Position numbers and translations under genes: made by a program. 64,000 nt of DNA from the human T2T-CHM13v2.0 reference genome, Homo sapiens. Shown in pieces: positions 14,188-27,888 of the stretch (the stretch's first letter is position 1; every line of letters starts with the position of its first letter). Location of the stretch: assembly GCF_009914755.1 (NCBI RefSeq), contig NC_060930.1; one strand, 5' to 3'. The notes below the pieces were generated by a model that was not told where the DNA came from, did not search any database, and worked only from the letters and a program-made list of their open reading frames with translations.

Positions 14188-14454
14188 GGCTGGGTGCAGT
14201 GGCTCACGCCTGTAATTCCAGCATTTTGGGAGCCTGAGGCAGGTGAATTACTTGAGCCCAGGAATTTGAGACAAGCCTGGGCAACATAGTGAGATCTCTT
14301 CTCTAGTAAAAAAAAAAATTAGCTGGGCATGGTGGCACACCTGTAGTCCCAGCTACTCAGGAGGCTTGAGCCCAGGGGAATCGGGGCGACAGTGAGCCAG
14401 TGTTTGTGCCACTGCACTCTAGCCTGGACAACAGAGTGAGACTCAAAACAAAAA
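14188..14454 (+). mobile_element. AluJ
   Basis: Alu dimer; perfect 16-bp TSD aaaaaattaaagacct (14172-14187, 14455-14470). Confidence 0.92.
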
Positions 14455-15168
14455 AAAAAATTAAAGACCTAAATAAGTGTAGAGATAAACCACCAGCGTG
14501 GTGTTTTTGAGATATCATTTCCCCCTAAAATTGATCTATAGATTTAACAGAATCCCAATCAAAATCCCAGCAGGCTTAATTATTTGTATGTAGAAACTGA
14601 TAATATGAATCTGTAGTTCATATGAAAATGCAAAAGACCTAGACTAGCCAAAACAATCCTAAAGAAAAAAAAAAAAAACCAAAAATCCAACACTAAGCTA
14701 GAAGACCTACTTAAACAGATTTAAAACTTGCTATAAAGCTTAGGCAATTAAGACAGTGTGGCATTGGCACAAAGATAGATAAATAGATCAATAGAACTGA
14801 AGAAAGGGTCCAGAAATAAGCCCATGGATATTTGGTCACTGGCTTTACAACAAAAACAATAATTTATATCCAAGAAAAAAAAGGATGGTCATATCAATGG
14901 ATGGTGCTAGAGCAACTGGATATTCGTACGTATAAGAAATAAAATTTGACCCTTATCTCACACCTATGCACTAAGTCAATTCTGGGTAGATCAAATATAC
15001 ACTTGAAAGCTTAAACTACCTTGAGATAGGGAAAGGTTTTTTTTAACAGGACACAAACAGCACTAACCATAACATTTTTTAATTGATAAATTGGTCTTCA
15101 TCAAAATTTTAAAATCTGCTCATCCAAAGGTACTATTTACGAAGAGAAAGGAACTCCATAGCCTAGAA

Positions 15169-15390
15169 TGAGGGTGTTCAATCTTTTGGCTTCCCTGGGT
15201 CACGTTGGAAGAAGAAGAATTTTCTTGGACCACACATAAAATACACTAACACTAATGACAGCTGATAAGCTAAAAAAGGAATTTGCAAAAAAACTCAATG
15301 TTTTAAGGAAGTTTATGAATTTGTGTCGGTTTGAATTCAAAGCCATCCTAGACTGTGTGTGGCCCATGGGCTGTGGGTTGGACAAGCCTG
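15169..15390 (+). mobile_element. MER30 (hAT-Charlie MITE)
   Basis: agggtgttcaatcttttggcttccctggg...ttggacaagcctg with perfect 8-bp TSD GCCTAGAA (15161-15168, 15391-15398). Confidence 0.9.
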
Positions 15391-15619
15391 GCCTAGAAGA
15401 ACATACCTGCAATACATATATCTGACACAGCACTTCTATCCAGAATATTATATATTTTACATAACTATGTAAAAGTTTACAAGTTGTATTTTTAGGATTT
15501 GTATATATAATTGTTTATAAATTATACCTTAGTAAGTAACTTTTACATATATGTGATATATTTTTTAAAATCTATATATTATAGATTAGGACCTTACAAC
15601 TCAATAATAAGGCAAGCAA

Positions 15620-15845
15620 TCCAGCCTGGGCAATATGGTGAAACCCCGTCTCTACTACAAATACAAAAATTAGCCAGGCATAGTGATGCATGCCTGTAGT
15701 CCCAGCTACTCAGGTGGCTGAGGTGGGAGGACGGCTTGAGCCGAGGCTTAGGTGTTGGGAGAGTTGGGGTGGGCAGAGGTTGCAGTGAGCCGAAATCGCC
15801 CCATTGGCAAAAAAAAAAAAAAAAAAGAAGAAGAAAGAAAAAGGA
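15620..15845 (+). mobile_element. Truncated, rearranged Alu
   Basis: Starts within left arm; A tail; short non-Alu insert in right arm. Confidence 0.85.
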
Positions 15846-15926
15846 AACAAATCAAATAGAAAAATATTTAACGAGTGATTTTAATACATAATAATTCAAC
15901 CAATTTCACAGAATCAACACCGTACC

Positions 15927-16040
15927 AGAGTGACCAACCATCATGGTTTGCTCAAGACTGAGGTTTTTTTTTTTTGATTAGGGACTTTGAGTGCTAAAAT
16001 TGGGACAGTCCTTAGCAAACCAAGATGATTAATCATTTAT
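15927..16040. mobile_element. MER81-like (hAT-Blackjack)
   Basis: gagtgaccaaccatcatggtttgctcaagactgagg...gggactttgagtgctaaaattgggacagtcc. Confidence 0.7.
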
Positions 16041-16691
16041 TAAAATAGAAACCCATAAATATTTCAGTACATATATGTAAAAGAACTCTTGTTTTCACAC
16101 AAATCACCATACCATTATTACAGCCCAAATTAACAATAATTATTTAATATCCATAGGATTATATCCACTGAATAGCATCAACATCCAGTGGCTGTTCAAA
16201 TTTCTGTGTCATAAATGTTGTATTTTTATAAGTTGTTTGAATCAGAATCTGAATAAGATAAATATATTGCAATTGGTGAATATGTCCTTTCAATCAATAG
16301 GTTCCCTTCCATATTTTTATATTTTCCTTGTAATCTATTTTTAAGAAAAATGAGTTGTTTTAAGGAAATTTCTACAGTTTGGATTTTGACAATTGCTTAT
16401 CTGCAGTTTAGTTTAACATATTCCTCTAGCTCCTATATATTCTACCAATTGATATTTGGATTTTGAGGTTTAATCACATTCAGGTTCAATTATATGACTA
16501 TCTCATTTATGAAAATACTCACTGTTTTCAATTTTATTTATAATCTCATCTTGAAAAATTTTATTTAGTTCTTTTTTCAGATCTGTTTGGTCTTTTAGAA
16601 ATGAATCTCTTGACCCTTACACATATTTTCAATACCTTCTTTTATTGCTTTAAACTGTTTAAACAGACTTATTTAAAATATTATGTCTATG

Positions 16692-17140
16692 GAATCCACC
16701 CAAATGCCCATCAATGATAGACTGGATAAAGGAGATGTGGTACATATACACCATGGAATACTATGCAGCCATAAATAGGAATGAGATCATATCCTTTGCA
16801 GGGACATGAATGGAGCTGGAAGCCATTATCCTCTGCAAACTAACACAGGAACAGAAAACCAAACACGGCATATTCTCACTTATAGGGGAGAGCTGAACGA
16901 TGAAGGCACATGGACACAGGGAGGGGAACAACACACACTGGGGCCTTTTCAGGGGGCTGGGGGGCAATGGGAGGGAGAGCATCAGGATAAATAGCTAATG
17001 CATGGTGGGCTTAATACCTAGGTGATGGGTTGACAGGTGTGGCAAGCCACCACGGCACACGTTTACTTATGTGACAAACCTGCACGTCCTGTATATGTAT
17101 CCTGGAAAGTTAAATAAAATTAAATTTAAAAAATAAAATA
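16692..17140 (+). mobile_element. L1PA 3' end (about L1PA8-11 type)
   Basis: ORF2 C-terminus and 3' UTR (catcaggataaatagctaatgcatg...cttaatacctaggtgatggg), A tail, TSD-like aaaat..tatgtcta. Confidence 0.9.
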
Positions 17141-17419
17141 TGTCTAATAATTCCAATATGTGCAGTCTCTGTGTGTCTTATTCTCTTGGATCTTACTCAT
17201 GTGTCTTGTTTCCTGGGAGCTTATATACCTCGGAAATTTTTCTGAAGGAATTATTTGAGGTCTGTCTTAAAGGCAGTTCAAGATAAGTACAATAAACAGA
17301 CCTAGAACTCCAATTTCTTGAGGCACAAGCCATTGATCCAGAGGAGTGGCCCCTGGAGCAGAGTAAGGTAGGTGACAGACATCAAAGGTTACTACTACAC
17401 TCATCAGAAACTAATCACT

Positions 17420-17740
17420 GGCCGGGCACGGTGCCTCACACCTGTAATCCTGGCACTTTGAGAGGCCAAGGCGGGTGGATTTCTTGAAGTCAGGAGTTCA
17501 AGACCAGCCTGGCCAATGTGGTGAAACCCCATCTCAACTAAAAATACAAAAATTAGTCGGGCGTGGTGGCGTATGCATGTAGTCCCAGCTATATGGGAGG
17601 CTGAGGCATGAGAATCGCTCGAACCCAGGTAGGAGGAAGTTGCAGTGAGCTGAGATCGCACCACTGCACTCCAGCCTGGGTGACAGAGCGAGACTCTGTC
17701 TCAAAAAAAAAAAAAAAAGAAAGAAAGAAAAAAAGAAAAG
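17420..17740 (+). mobile_element. AluS
   Basis: Full dimer with A-rich tail. Confidence 0.93.
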
Positions 17741-18803
17741 CGAATCTGATCACTACCTACACTGACTCCCAGGAGAGAAATAGCCCCTGAGACCTCTAAT
17801 GTCAGTCTCTCTACCACAGTATGTTATGCTTTCCTGTTCTTTTCCCACTATGCCCAAAAGCTCTGACAGAACCTCCTACAGGATGAAAAGGTAAGCAGAG
17901 GCCAAGGAATGGCTATCAAGGAGAGAGAGTGATGTGCAAAAGCAATCTTGGAAGATTATTGGATTTGCTTCAAAATGATACTGGGCTGGGAGAAAGTGGG
18001 TAGAAAAATAGGTGAAAAAACACAATTGTTGAAGTTGGCCAGTGGGAACATGGGCATTCATTATATTCTACTGTCTACTTTTGCATATGTTTGAAAGTCA
18101 TACAGAATAAAATATTTAAAAAATATCTTCAGTAGATGGATTTAACCATAAATGACACAAAATAAACTGGAAGATATTGTGGAGGAAAAATAAACAGAAT
18201 ATAGTAGAGAGAGGGAAATAAAGGAAGTCTAGAGAGTAGAACAGGTATTAAAAGTGGAGCAGAGGACCAAGGATAAAAACAGGGAGAACTGGAAGGAACA
18301 AGGTCAGGGAAGGGGACAGCAAAGGTCAGTGGCCCTTGAATGTCCCTAGAAGAGATGGTATATGTTTTTGGTTTTTGCTTGTACAAATACTCAGTATGAA
18401 CAAATTCAGATTCCTTCCTGAATTATCCCTAAAGAAAGGGAAATATGTGATTTGGGGCGTATATAATTTTGGGTATATATGGTTCCCTGGCAACTACCAT
18501 TACCTCTAGCAAGTCCTAGGTGGCAGGAAGGCTTGCCCCATCTTAGTGAAGGCAACTACTTGTGAAGTGGATCTGGACAACTCTGACTTCTTTCCCTACT
18601 TTCAACTCCTCTGTGTGGTGGACTAATAGCACATAGAAAAACAATTAAATATGCAATATTTTTAGATGTCCCAGGTGAATATCACTTTTCTTTGAAAAGT
18701 GAACCAACCATTGCTATCACCATTATGTCACAAATATGCTATGATTTCAGCTGATTTGGGCAAGTCTGTGAAATTTTAATGAAACTTCAAAATATCGATA
18801 ACA

Positions 18804-19030
18804 CCAGCCTGGGCAACATAACAAGACCATGTCTCTACAAAGAATAATAAAATTAAAAGGAAAAGCTGGGTATGGTGGTGCTCACCTGTAGTCCCAGCCT
18901 CTTGAGCAGCTAAGGTGAGAGGATCACTTGAGCCCAGGAGTTAAAGGTTGCAATGAGCTGTAATTGTGCCACTGCACTCCAGCCTGAACAACAAAGCAAG
19001 GACTCGTCTCTAAAAGAGAAAATAAATAAA
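18804..19030 (+). mobile_element. 5'-truncated AluJ
   Basis: Partial left arm plus right arm; TSD-like aaaatatc(g/a)ata. Confidence 0.88.
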
Positions 19031-19174
19031 ATATCAATAGTAAGAGAAAAATATTTTTCCAGAAAATATGATAGAAAACTGCATAATGCAGGTGTTATAT
19101 TAAAAGTACACATAAGTTGGCAAGAAAAAACTGGCACTTGTCTGTGATAAGAACATTATTTTAAAAAAATTTTA

Positions 19175-19326
19175 ACCAGGCATGGTGGCACATGCCTGTA
19201 GTCCCAGCTACTCAGGAGTCTGAGGCAGGAGGATCACAAGTACCCAGGAGTTTGAGGCTGCTGTGAGCTATGATTATACCACTGCACTCAGCCGGGCAGC
19301 AGAGTGAGACCTTGTCTCTTAAAAAA
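19175..19326 (+). mobile_element. Alu right monomer
   Basis: caggcatggtggca...gagaccttgtctct. Confidence 0.88.
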
Positions 19327-20312
19327 ATTTTTTTTATAGACTTTATTTTTAGAGTAGTTTTAGGATTACAAAATAATTGCAGAGAAAGTACACCCCGACA
19401 CACACATTTACCTGTTATTAACATCCTGCATCAGTGTGATACATTTGCTAAAATTGGTGAACCAAAATTTATATGTTATTATACACTAAAATCCACGGTT
19501 TCTATTAGGGCTCACTCTGTGTTGTAGTTTCATGGGTTTCGACAAATGCATAAGGCCATGTAGCTACCGCTATAGTATCATATAGAATAGTTTCATCACC
19601 CTAAAAGTGCCTTGTGCTCTATCTACTCATCTTCTCTCTCTTCCCTGAACTCCCAATAACCACTCATCTTTTAAATTGTCTCTATAGTTTTGCCTTTTCC
19701 AGAATGTCAGATAGTTGGAATCATATTGTGTATTAGTCTACTCAGGCTGTCACAAGATACCACTGAGTGAGTGGTTAAATAACAGAAATTTATTTGTTCA
19801 CAGTTCTAGAGGTTAGAAATCCAAGGTCAAGGTGCTATCAGGGTTGGTTTCTTGTGAGACCACACTTCCTGACTGTCTCTGCATGTTCATGTGGCTTCTT
19901 CTCTGTGCACATACACAAAGAGAGAGAACTCCAGCGTCTCTTACTCTTCTTATAAGAATACCAGTCCTCTTGACTTAAGGTCCCACCCCAAGACCTCATT
20001 TAACCTTAATTACGTCTCTAAAGGCCCTTATCTACAAATACAGTTAGATTGTGGGTTAGGGCTTCAACATGAATTTTGAGAATACATAATTCAATCCATA
20101 ACACGCTACCCTCTACCCCCCTAAAATTCATGTCCTTTGTATATGCAAAATGCATTCACTCCATCCCACAGCCCCAAAAGTCTTAACTTAACTCATCCTA
20201 AATATTATCTGAGTTAGGTATCTTAAGTATGAATCACCTGAAGGCAAAATTCCTCTCCGGTTATGAACCTATAAAACCAGGTAAGTTATGTGCTTACAAA
20301 ATACAATGGTGG

Positions 20313-20621
20313 GGCTGGGCGTGGTGGCTCACACCTGTAATACCAGCACTTTGGGAGTCCAAGGCAGGTGGATCCCCTGAGGTCAGGAGTTCAAGACCAC
20401 CCTGACCAATATGGTGAAACCCTGCCTCTACTAAAAATACAAAAATTAGTGAACGGGGTGGCAGGCACTTGTACTCCTGGCTACTTGGGAGGCTGAGACA
20501 GGAGAATTGCTTGAACTCAGGAAGCAGAGGTTGCAGTGAGCTGAGATTGTGCCACTGCACTCCAACCTGGGTGAGAGAGCTAGACTCTGTCTCAAAAACA
20601 AAAACCCAGAAACCCCAAAAC
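20313..20621 (+). mobile_element. AluS within MaLR internal region
   Basis: TSD caaaatacaa(t/c)ggtgg (20297-20312, 20622-20637). Confidence 0.93.
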
Positions 20622-20681
20622 CAAAATACAACGGTGGGACAGGCAAGGGATACACACTCTCACTCATAAAGGGAGAAATTA

Positions 20682-20975
<294 letters not shown>

Positions 20976-21051
20976 GACGGGAGAAATTGGAAAGAAGAAG
21001 GGGGTGATAGTCCCCAGGCAAGTCCAAAACCTAGCAAGTCAAATTCCATTA

Positions 21052-21403
<352 letters not shown>

Positions 21404-22747
21404 TCAAAAATAATCCTCTTTGGCCTTTTGTGGCCACTGGGGTGGCAGCAACACCCCCATAGCCCTAGGTAGTGAGCCTTCCACCTTGGCTCTTGGTGGA
21501 GGCCCCAGCCACATATCTCTTTGCTATGGTCTTGCCCCTGAGGCACTGGATAGGAGCAGCCTGGCCTGCTGAAACCATGAAGGGGAGCCTCCCCTCTGAA
21601 ACTGAGGAAGAAACAGCCTTGCTCCCTGGACCTGAGGTGGGAGTGGCAAAACTGATGATCTCTGAATTGCCTTCAGAGTCATTTTTCTTTTTCTCTGAAG
21701 GACAAAGCATTTTTACAGTCAAATAGCTCTATTATCTACTCCTGTAGAATCCCAGACATCCAAAAGCCTTCCTTTATTCCATCGTGTTCCTGTTTTTTCT
21801 GGTGCAAACTGGCAGTGTCTCTGTGGGTATAATCCCCTCTCTATTGTGGTGCTGCTGAGATGGCTGATTAACTCCATGAGTAATCTCCTTATGGACCGAT
21901 AGTCCCACCACACCCTTGGTATTCTCTCCAGAACATGCTTCTCATTTTTTGGAAATATGGATAGGCTAAGAATTTTCCAAATCATCAATTTCTAGTTCCT
22001 TTTTGCTTAACAGTTCTTTCAGTGTATTTCACCTCTTGCATTTTACTATAAGCAGTAAGGAGAAGCCAGCTTGCACCTGCAAGATCTTGCCTAAAAATCT
22101 CCTCAGCTAAATTTCCAATTTCATTGCTCGTAAGTTCTACCTTCCACAAAACACTAACCACGATTCAATCAAGTTCCCTGCCACTTTATTACAAAGTTTG
22201 TCTTTCTTCTAGTTTCCAACAGCCTGTTCCTTGTTTCAGTCTTGATACCTCACCAGAAGCACCTTTAACACCTATATTCCTACCAAAGGTCCCTTCAAGG
22301 CAAACTAGGCTCTCTCTAACATGCTTCTCAAAATTCTTGCAGCCTCTACCCATTACCCAGTTCCAAAGACACACATTTTTAGGTATTTGTTACAGCAGCA
22401 TCTTACTTCTTAGTACTAAAATCTGTATTCATCTGCTTGGGCTGCCATACTAAAATCTGTATTCATCTGCTTGGGCTGCCATAACAAAATACTACATGCT
22501 GGGTGGCTTAAACAAAGAAATTTATTTTCTCACAGATCTGGAGGCTAGAAATCCAAGATATAGGCTCCATCAGGGTTGGTTTCTGGTGAGGCCTCTCTTC
22601 CTGGCTTGTACACGGCTGCCTTCTTGCTGTGTCCTCACATGGCCTCTTCTTTGCAGAGAGAGTGGGAGAGAGAGGAGGGAGAGGGAGAGGAAGGAAAATG
22701 GGAGAAGAGAAAACAGGGGAGAGGGGGAGCTCTCCTGTCTCTTTGTC

Positions 22748-23096
<349 letters not shown>

Positions 23097-23236
23097 TAAT
23101 CTAACTTTACCTCGTAAAAGTCCTGTCTCCAAATACAGTCACATTGTGAGTTAAGGTTTCAACATATAAATTTGGGAAGACACAATTCAGTCTATAACAT
23201 ACTATGTGTAGCCTTTCAAACTGGTTTCTTTCATGA

Positions 23237-23586
<350 letters not shown>

Positions 23587-24237
23587 TGCTCATTTCTTTT
23601 TATCACTGAATAATGTGCCATTGTATAGGTATATATGTTTGTTTATCCATTCATCAATTTGAGGATATCTGGATTGCTTTCAATTTTTACCAATTATGAA
23701 TAAAGTAGCTATAAACATTCCTGTGCAGGTTTTTGTGTGGATGTACATTTTCAACTCTTTTGGGTAAATACATGGGAGCACAATTACTAGATTATATGGA
23801 GCCTATGTTTATCCTTGCAGGAAATTACTAAACTATTTCCCAAAGTGTCTGTACCATTTTGTATTGCTACCATCAATGAATGAGAGTTTCCATTGCTCTA
23901 CATCCTCACCAGCAATTGACGTTATCAGTGTTCTGAATTTTAGCCATTCTGATAGGTGTGTGGTATCTCAATGTTGTTTTAATTGGCAATTTTCTAATAA
24001 CATATGATGTGGGACTTTTTTCATATACTAATTTTCCATCCGTATATATTCTTTGGTAAGGTGCAGATTCATACACTTTGCCTATGTTTTATTAGTTGTT
24101 TTCTTATTATCGAGTGTTGAGTTCTTTGTATACTTTGAATACCAGTTCTTATCAGATATGTGTTTTGCATATGTATTCTCCCAGTTTGTGATTTGTCTTT
24201 TTATTCTCTTAACAACATCTTTCACAGAGCAGTTTAA

Positions 24238-24511
24238 TTTTTTTTTTAATTTTCTGAGACAGGGTCTCACTCTGTTACCTAGGCTGGAGTGCAGTAGCAT
24301 AATCATGGCTCACTTTAACCCTGAGTTCCTGGGCTCAAGCAATCCTTGAGTAGCTAGGACTATAGGCATCCACCACCATGCCTGGCTATTTTTTTTTCTA
24401 GTTTTTATAGAGATGGGGTCTCACTATGTTGCCCCAGCTGATCTCAAACTCCTGGCCTCAAGCAATCCTTCTGCCTCAGCCTACCAAAGTAGTGAGCCAC
24501 CATGCCTGGCC
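24238..24511 (-). mobile_element. AluJ
   Basis: Reverse dimer with deletions. Confidence 0.88.
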
Positions 24512-24924
24512 AGGATTTTACATTTTAATGGAGTCCAATTTACCAATTTTTTCTTCTGTGGATCATGCTTTTGATGCTCTATCTAAAATTCATCACCAAA
24601 TCCAGGACACCTTGATTTTTTCCTATGTTATCTTCTAGAGGTTTTATAGTTTTGCCTATATTTAGGCCTATAATCCATTTTGAGCTCATTTTTGTGCATG
24701 GTGAAAGATCTGTGTAAATTTATTTTTTTGCATATGGATACCCAGTTGTTTCAGCACCACCAGTTGAAAAGACTGTCCTTTATCCACTGAATATTTTTTG
24801 TTCCCTTGTTAAAGATCAGCTGACTATATTTGTATGGGTTTATTTCTGGGCTCTCTATTCTGTTCTATTGTTTCATTTGTCTATTCTTTCACCAATACCA
24901 TACCATCTTGATCACCGTGGCTTT

Positions 24925-25208
<284 letters not shown>

Positions 25209-25571
25209 TTTATTCTTCTTTAATATTGTGTTGGCTATTCTGGGTATTTTTGCCTTTCCACATAATCTTTTAAATTTGTTAATATTCACAAAACCGTTTT
25301 CTGGGGTTGTTATTGGGAATGTATGGAATCCATAAATTAGGTAGGGAAGAACTGACATCTTAACAATATTAAGTCTTCCTATCCATGAAGATGAAATCTC
25401 TCCATTTATTTAGATAGTCTTTAATTTCCTTCACCAGCATTTTATAGTTTTCCTCATATAGATCTTATAGAAATTTTGTTAGATTCATGCCTGAGCAATT
25501 TCTTTTTTCCATTCTTGTGTTTTTGGTGCTATTGTATATGTTGCTGTCTTTTAAACTGCAAATTTCAATTG

Positions 25572-25697
25572 CTGAGCAGGGTATGTGCCTGTAGTCCCAG
25601 CTTTCTGGGAGGCTGAGCTGAGGTGAGAAAATGGCTTGAGTGTGGGAGTTCAAAGTCCAGCCTGGGCAACATAGCAAGACCCATCTCTAAAAAAAGA
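25572..25697 (+). mobile_element. FLAM-like Alu monomer
   Basis: Single monomer; TSD-like aaatt(t/c)caattg. Confidence 0.8.
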
Positions 25698-26333
25698 AAA
25701 TTCCAATTGCTTATTGACAGCATGGTAGGAAAGTAATTGACTTTTGCGCGTTGACTTTTTATCCTGAAACCTTGCTGTAATTGCTTATTTGTTCCAGGAG
25801 TTTTGTTATTATTTGGTATTTTTTACATAGACTTTCATGCCATCTTTGAACAAAAATGGTTTTATTTCCTCTTTCCCAGTTGATATACTTTTTCACTTCT
25901 TGTCTTGTCTTACTGCAAGTCCTATAGCTAGGACTTCCCATATGAAGTTGAATAGAAAAGAGAGATAAGAGGGTAAATATTTGTCTTGTTCCCAATTTTA
26001 GGAGGAAAGAGTCTAGTTTCTCACCGTTAAGTATGATCTTAGCTATAGGTATTCTTTATCAAGTTAATGAAGTTCCTCTCTATTCCTAGTTTGCTTAGAG
26101 TTTTTATCATGAATGGCTGTGGGATTTTGTAAATGCTTTTTCTACATCTATTGATGTGATCAATATGATTTTTCTTTTTTAGCCTGTTGATGTGATTAAT
26201 AATGTTGATTTTTTTCTTCTGCAATATTTATCTTAGAAACATTAGTTGATTTTTGAACGTTGAACGAGCCTATATACCAGGAATTAGTCCTGCTTGGTTG
26301 TGGTGAAGTATATGTCTGCAACTTACTTTGAAA

Positions 26334-26631
26334 TTTTTTTTTTTTTTTGAAACAGAGTCTGACTCTGTCGCCCAGGCTGGAGTGCAGTGGTGCAATCTTG
26401 GCTCACTGCAACCTCCGCCTCCTGGGTTCAGGTACTTCTCTGCCTCAGCCTCCCGAGTAGCTGGGATTACAGGTGCCCGCCACAACACTTGGCTAATTTT
26501 TTTTGTATTTTTAGTAGAGACGGGGATTTCACCATCTTGGCCAGGCTGGTCTTGAACTCCCGACCTCATGATCCACCCACATCAGCCTCCCAAAGTGCTG
26601 GGATTACAGGCATGAGCCACTGTGCCTGGCC
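26334..26631 (-). mobile_element. AluS
   Basis: Poly-T plus reverse dimer. Confidence 0.92.
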
Positions 26632-26922
26632 TGAAGGGTATTTTCAAAATAACATGGATAAAAGAATGTATGTTTAAGAGATTTTGTAATAAAATGTTGG
26701 AAAAATTATAAATCTATATGGGTAAGGACTGTAAAGCCAGAGACAAATATAAAAACAAAAATGATTCGATATGTAGTCATTTTGTTATTGTGAGTACTTT
26801 TTTCTTTCCTCAATTTACAGCACTTTGAGTATTTCTAAAAGCTTTTTTAAAAAAAACAGCGAGGCGGTTCCAAGATGGCCAAATAGGAACAGCTCCAGTC
26901 TACAGCTCCCAATGTGAGCGAC

Positions 26923-27312
26923 TCAGAAGACGGGTGATTTCTGTATTTCCAACTGAGGTACCAGGTTCATCTCACTGGGGTTCGTCGGACAGTGGGGGCA
27001 GGACAGTGGGTGCAGCCCACCGAGCATGAGCCGAAGCAGGGCAAGGCATCGCCTCACCCAGGAGATGCAAGGGGTCAGGGAATTTCCTTTTCTAGCCAAG
27101 GGAAGGGGTGACAGATGGCACCTGGAAAATTGGGTCACTCCCACCCTAATACTGCACTTTTCCAACGGTCTTAGCAAACAGCACACAAGGAGATTATATC
27201 CAACGCCTGGCTCAGAGGGTCCCACGCCCACGAAACCTTGCTCATTGCTAGCATAGCAGTCTGAGATCGAACTGCAAGGCAGCAGTGGGGCTGGGGGAGG
27301 GGTGCCCACCAT
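26923..27312 (-). CDS. L1 antisense ORF0 homolog, open for 129 aa (expression unknown)
   Basis: MVGTPPPAPLLPCSSISDCYASNEQGFVGVGPSEPGVGYN... matches the L1 ORF0 pattern; ATG in GCAATGG context. Confidence 0.4.
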   Translation of the reverse strand: MVGTPPPAPLLPCSSISDCYASNEQGFVGVGPSEPGVGYNLLVCCLLRPLEKCSIRVGVTQFSRCHLSPLPLARKGNSLTPCISWVRRCLALLRLMLGGLHPLSCPHCPTNPSEMNLVPQLEIQKSPVF

Positions 27313-27888
27313 TGCTGAGGCTTGAGTAGGTAAACGAAGTGGCCGGGAAGCTCGAACTTGGTGGAGCCCACTGCAGCTCAAGGAGGCCTGCCTGCCTCTG
27401 TAGACTCCACCTCTGGGGACAGGGCATAGCCAAAACAAAAGGCAGCAGAAACCTCTGCAGGCTTAAATGTCCCCGTCTGACAGCTTTGAAGAGAGTAGTG
27501 GTTCTCCCAGCACGTAGTTTGAGATCTGAGAATAGACAGACTGCCTCCTCAAGTGGGTCCCTGACCCCCGAGTAGCCTAACTGGGAGGCACCCCCCAGTA
27601 GTGGCAGATTGACACCTCACATGGCCAGGTAACCCTCTGAGACAAAGCTTCCAGAGGAATGATCAGGCAGCAACATTTGCTGTTCAGCAATATTCGCTGT
27701 TCTGCAGCCTCCACTGCTGATAGCCAGGCAAACAGGGTCTGGAGTGGACCTCCAGCAAACTCCAACAGACCTGCAGCTGAGGATCCTGACTGTTAGAAGG
27801 AAAACTAACAAACACAAAGGACATCCACACTAAAACCCCATCTGTACGTCACCATCATCAAAGACCAAAGGTAGATAAAACCACAAAG

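Larger units (their letters stand above)
12810..15615 (+). mobile_element. Old L1M ORF2 remnant, internally deleted, interrupted by two Alus and MER30
   Basis: Endonuclease-region sequence (atatcagtaattacttta...ggactaaacactccaa) followed by late ORF2 sequence (atagatcaatagaactga...). Confidence 0.75.
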
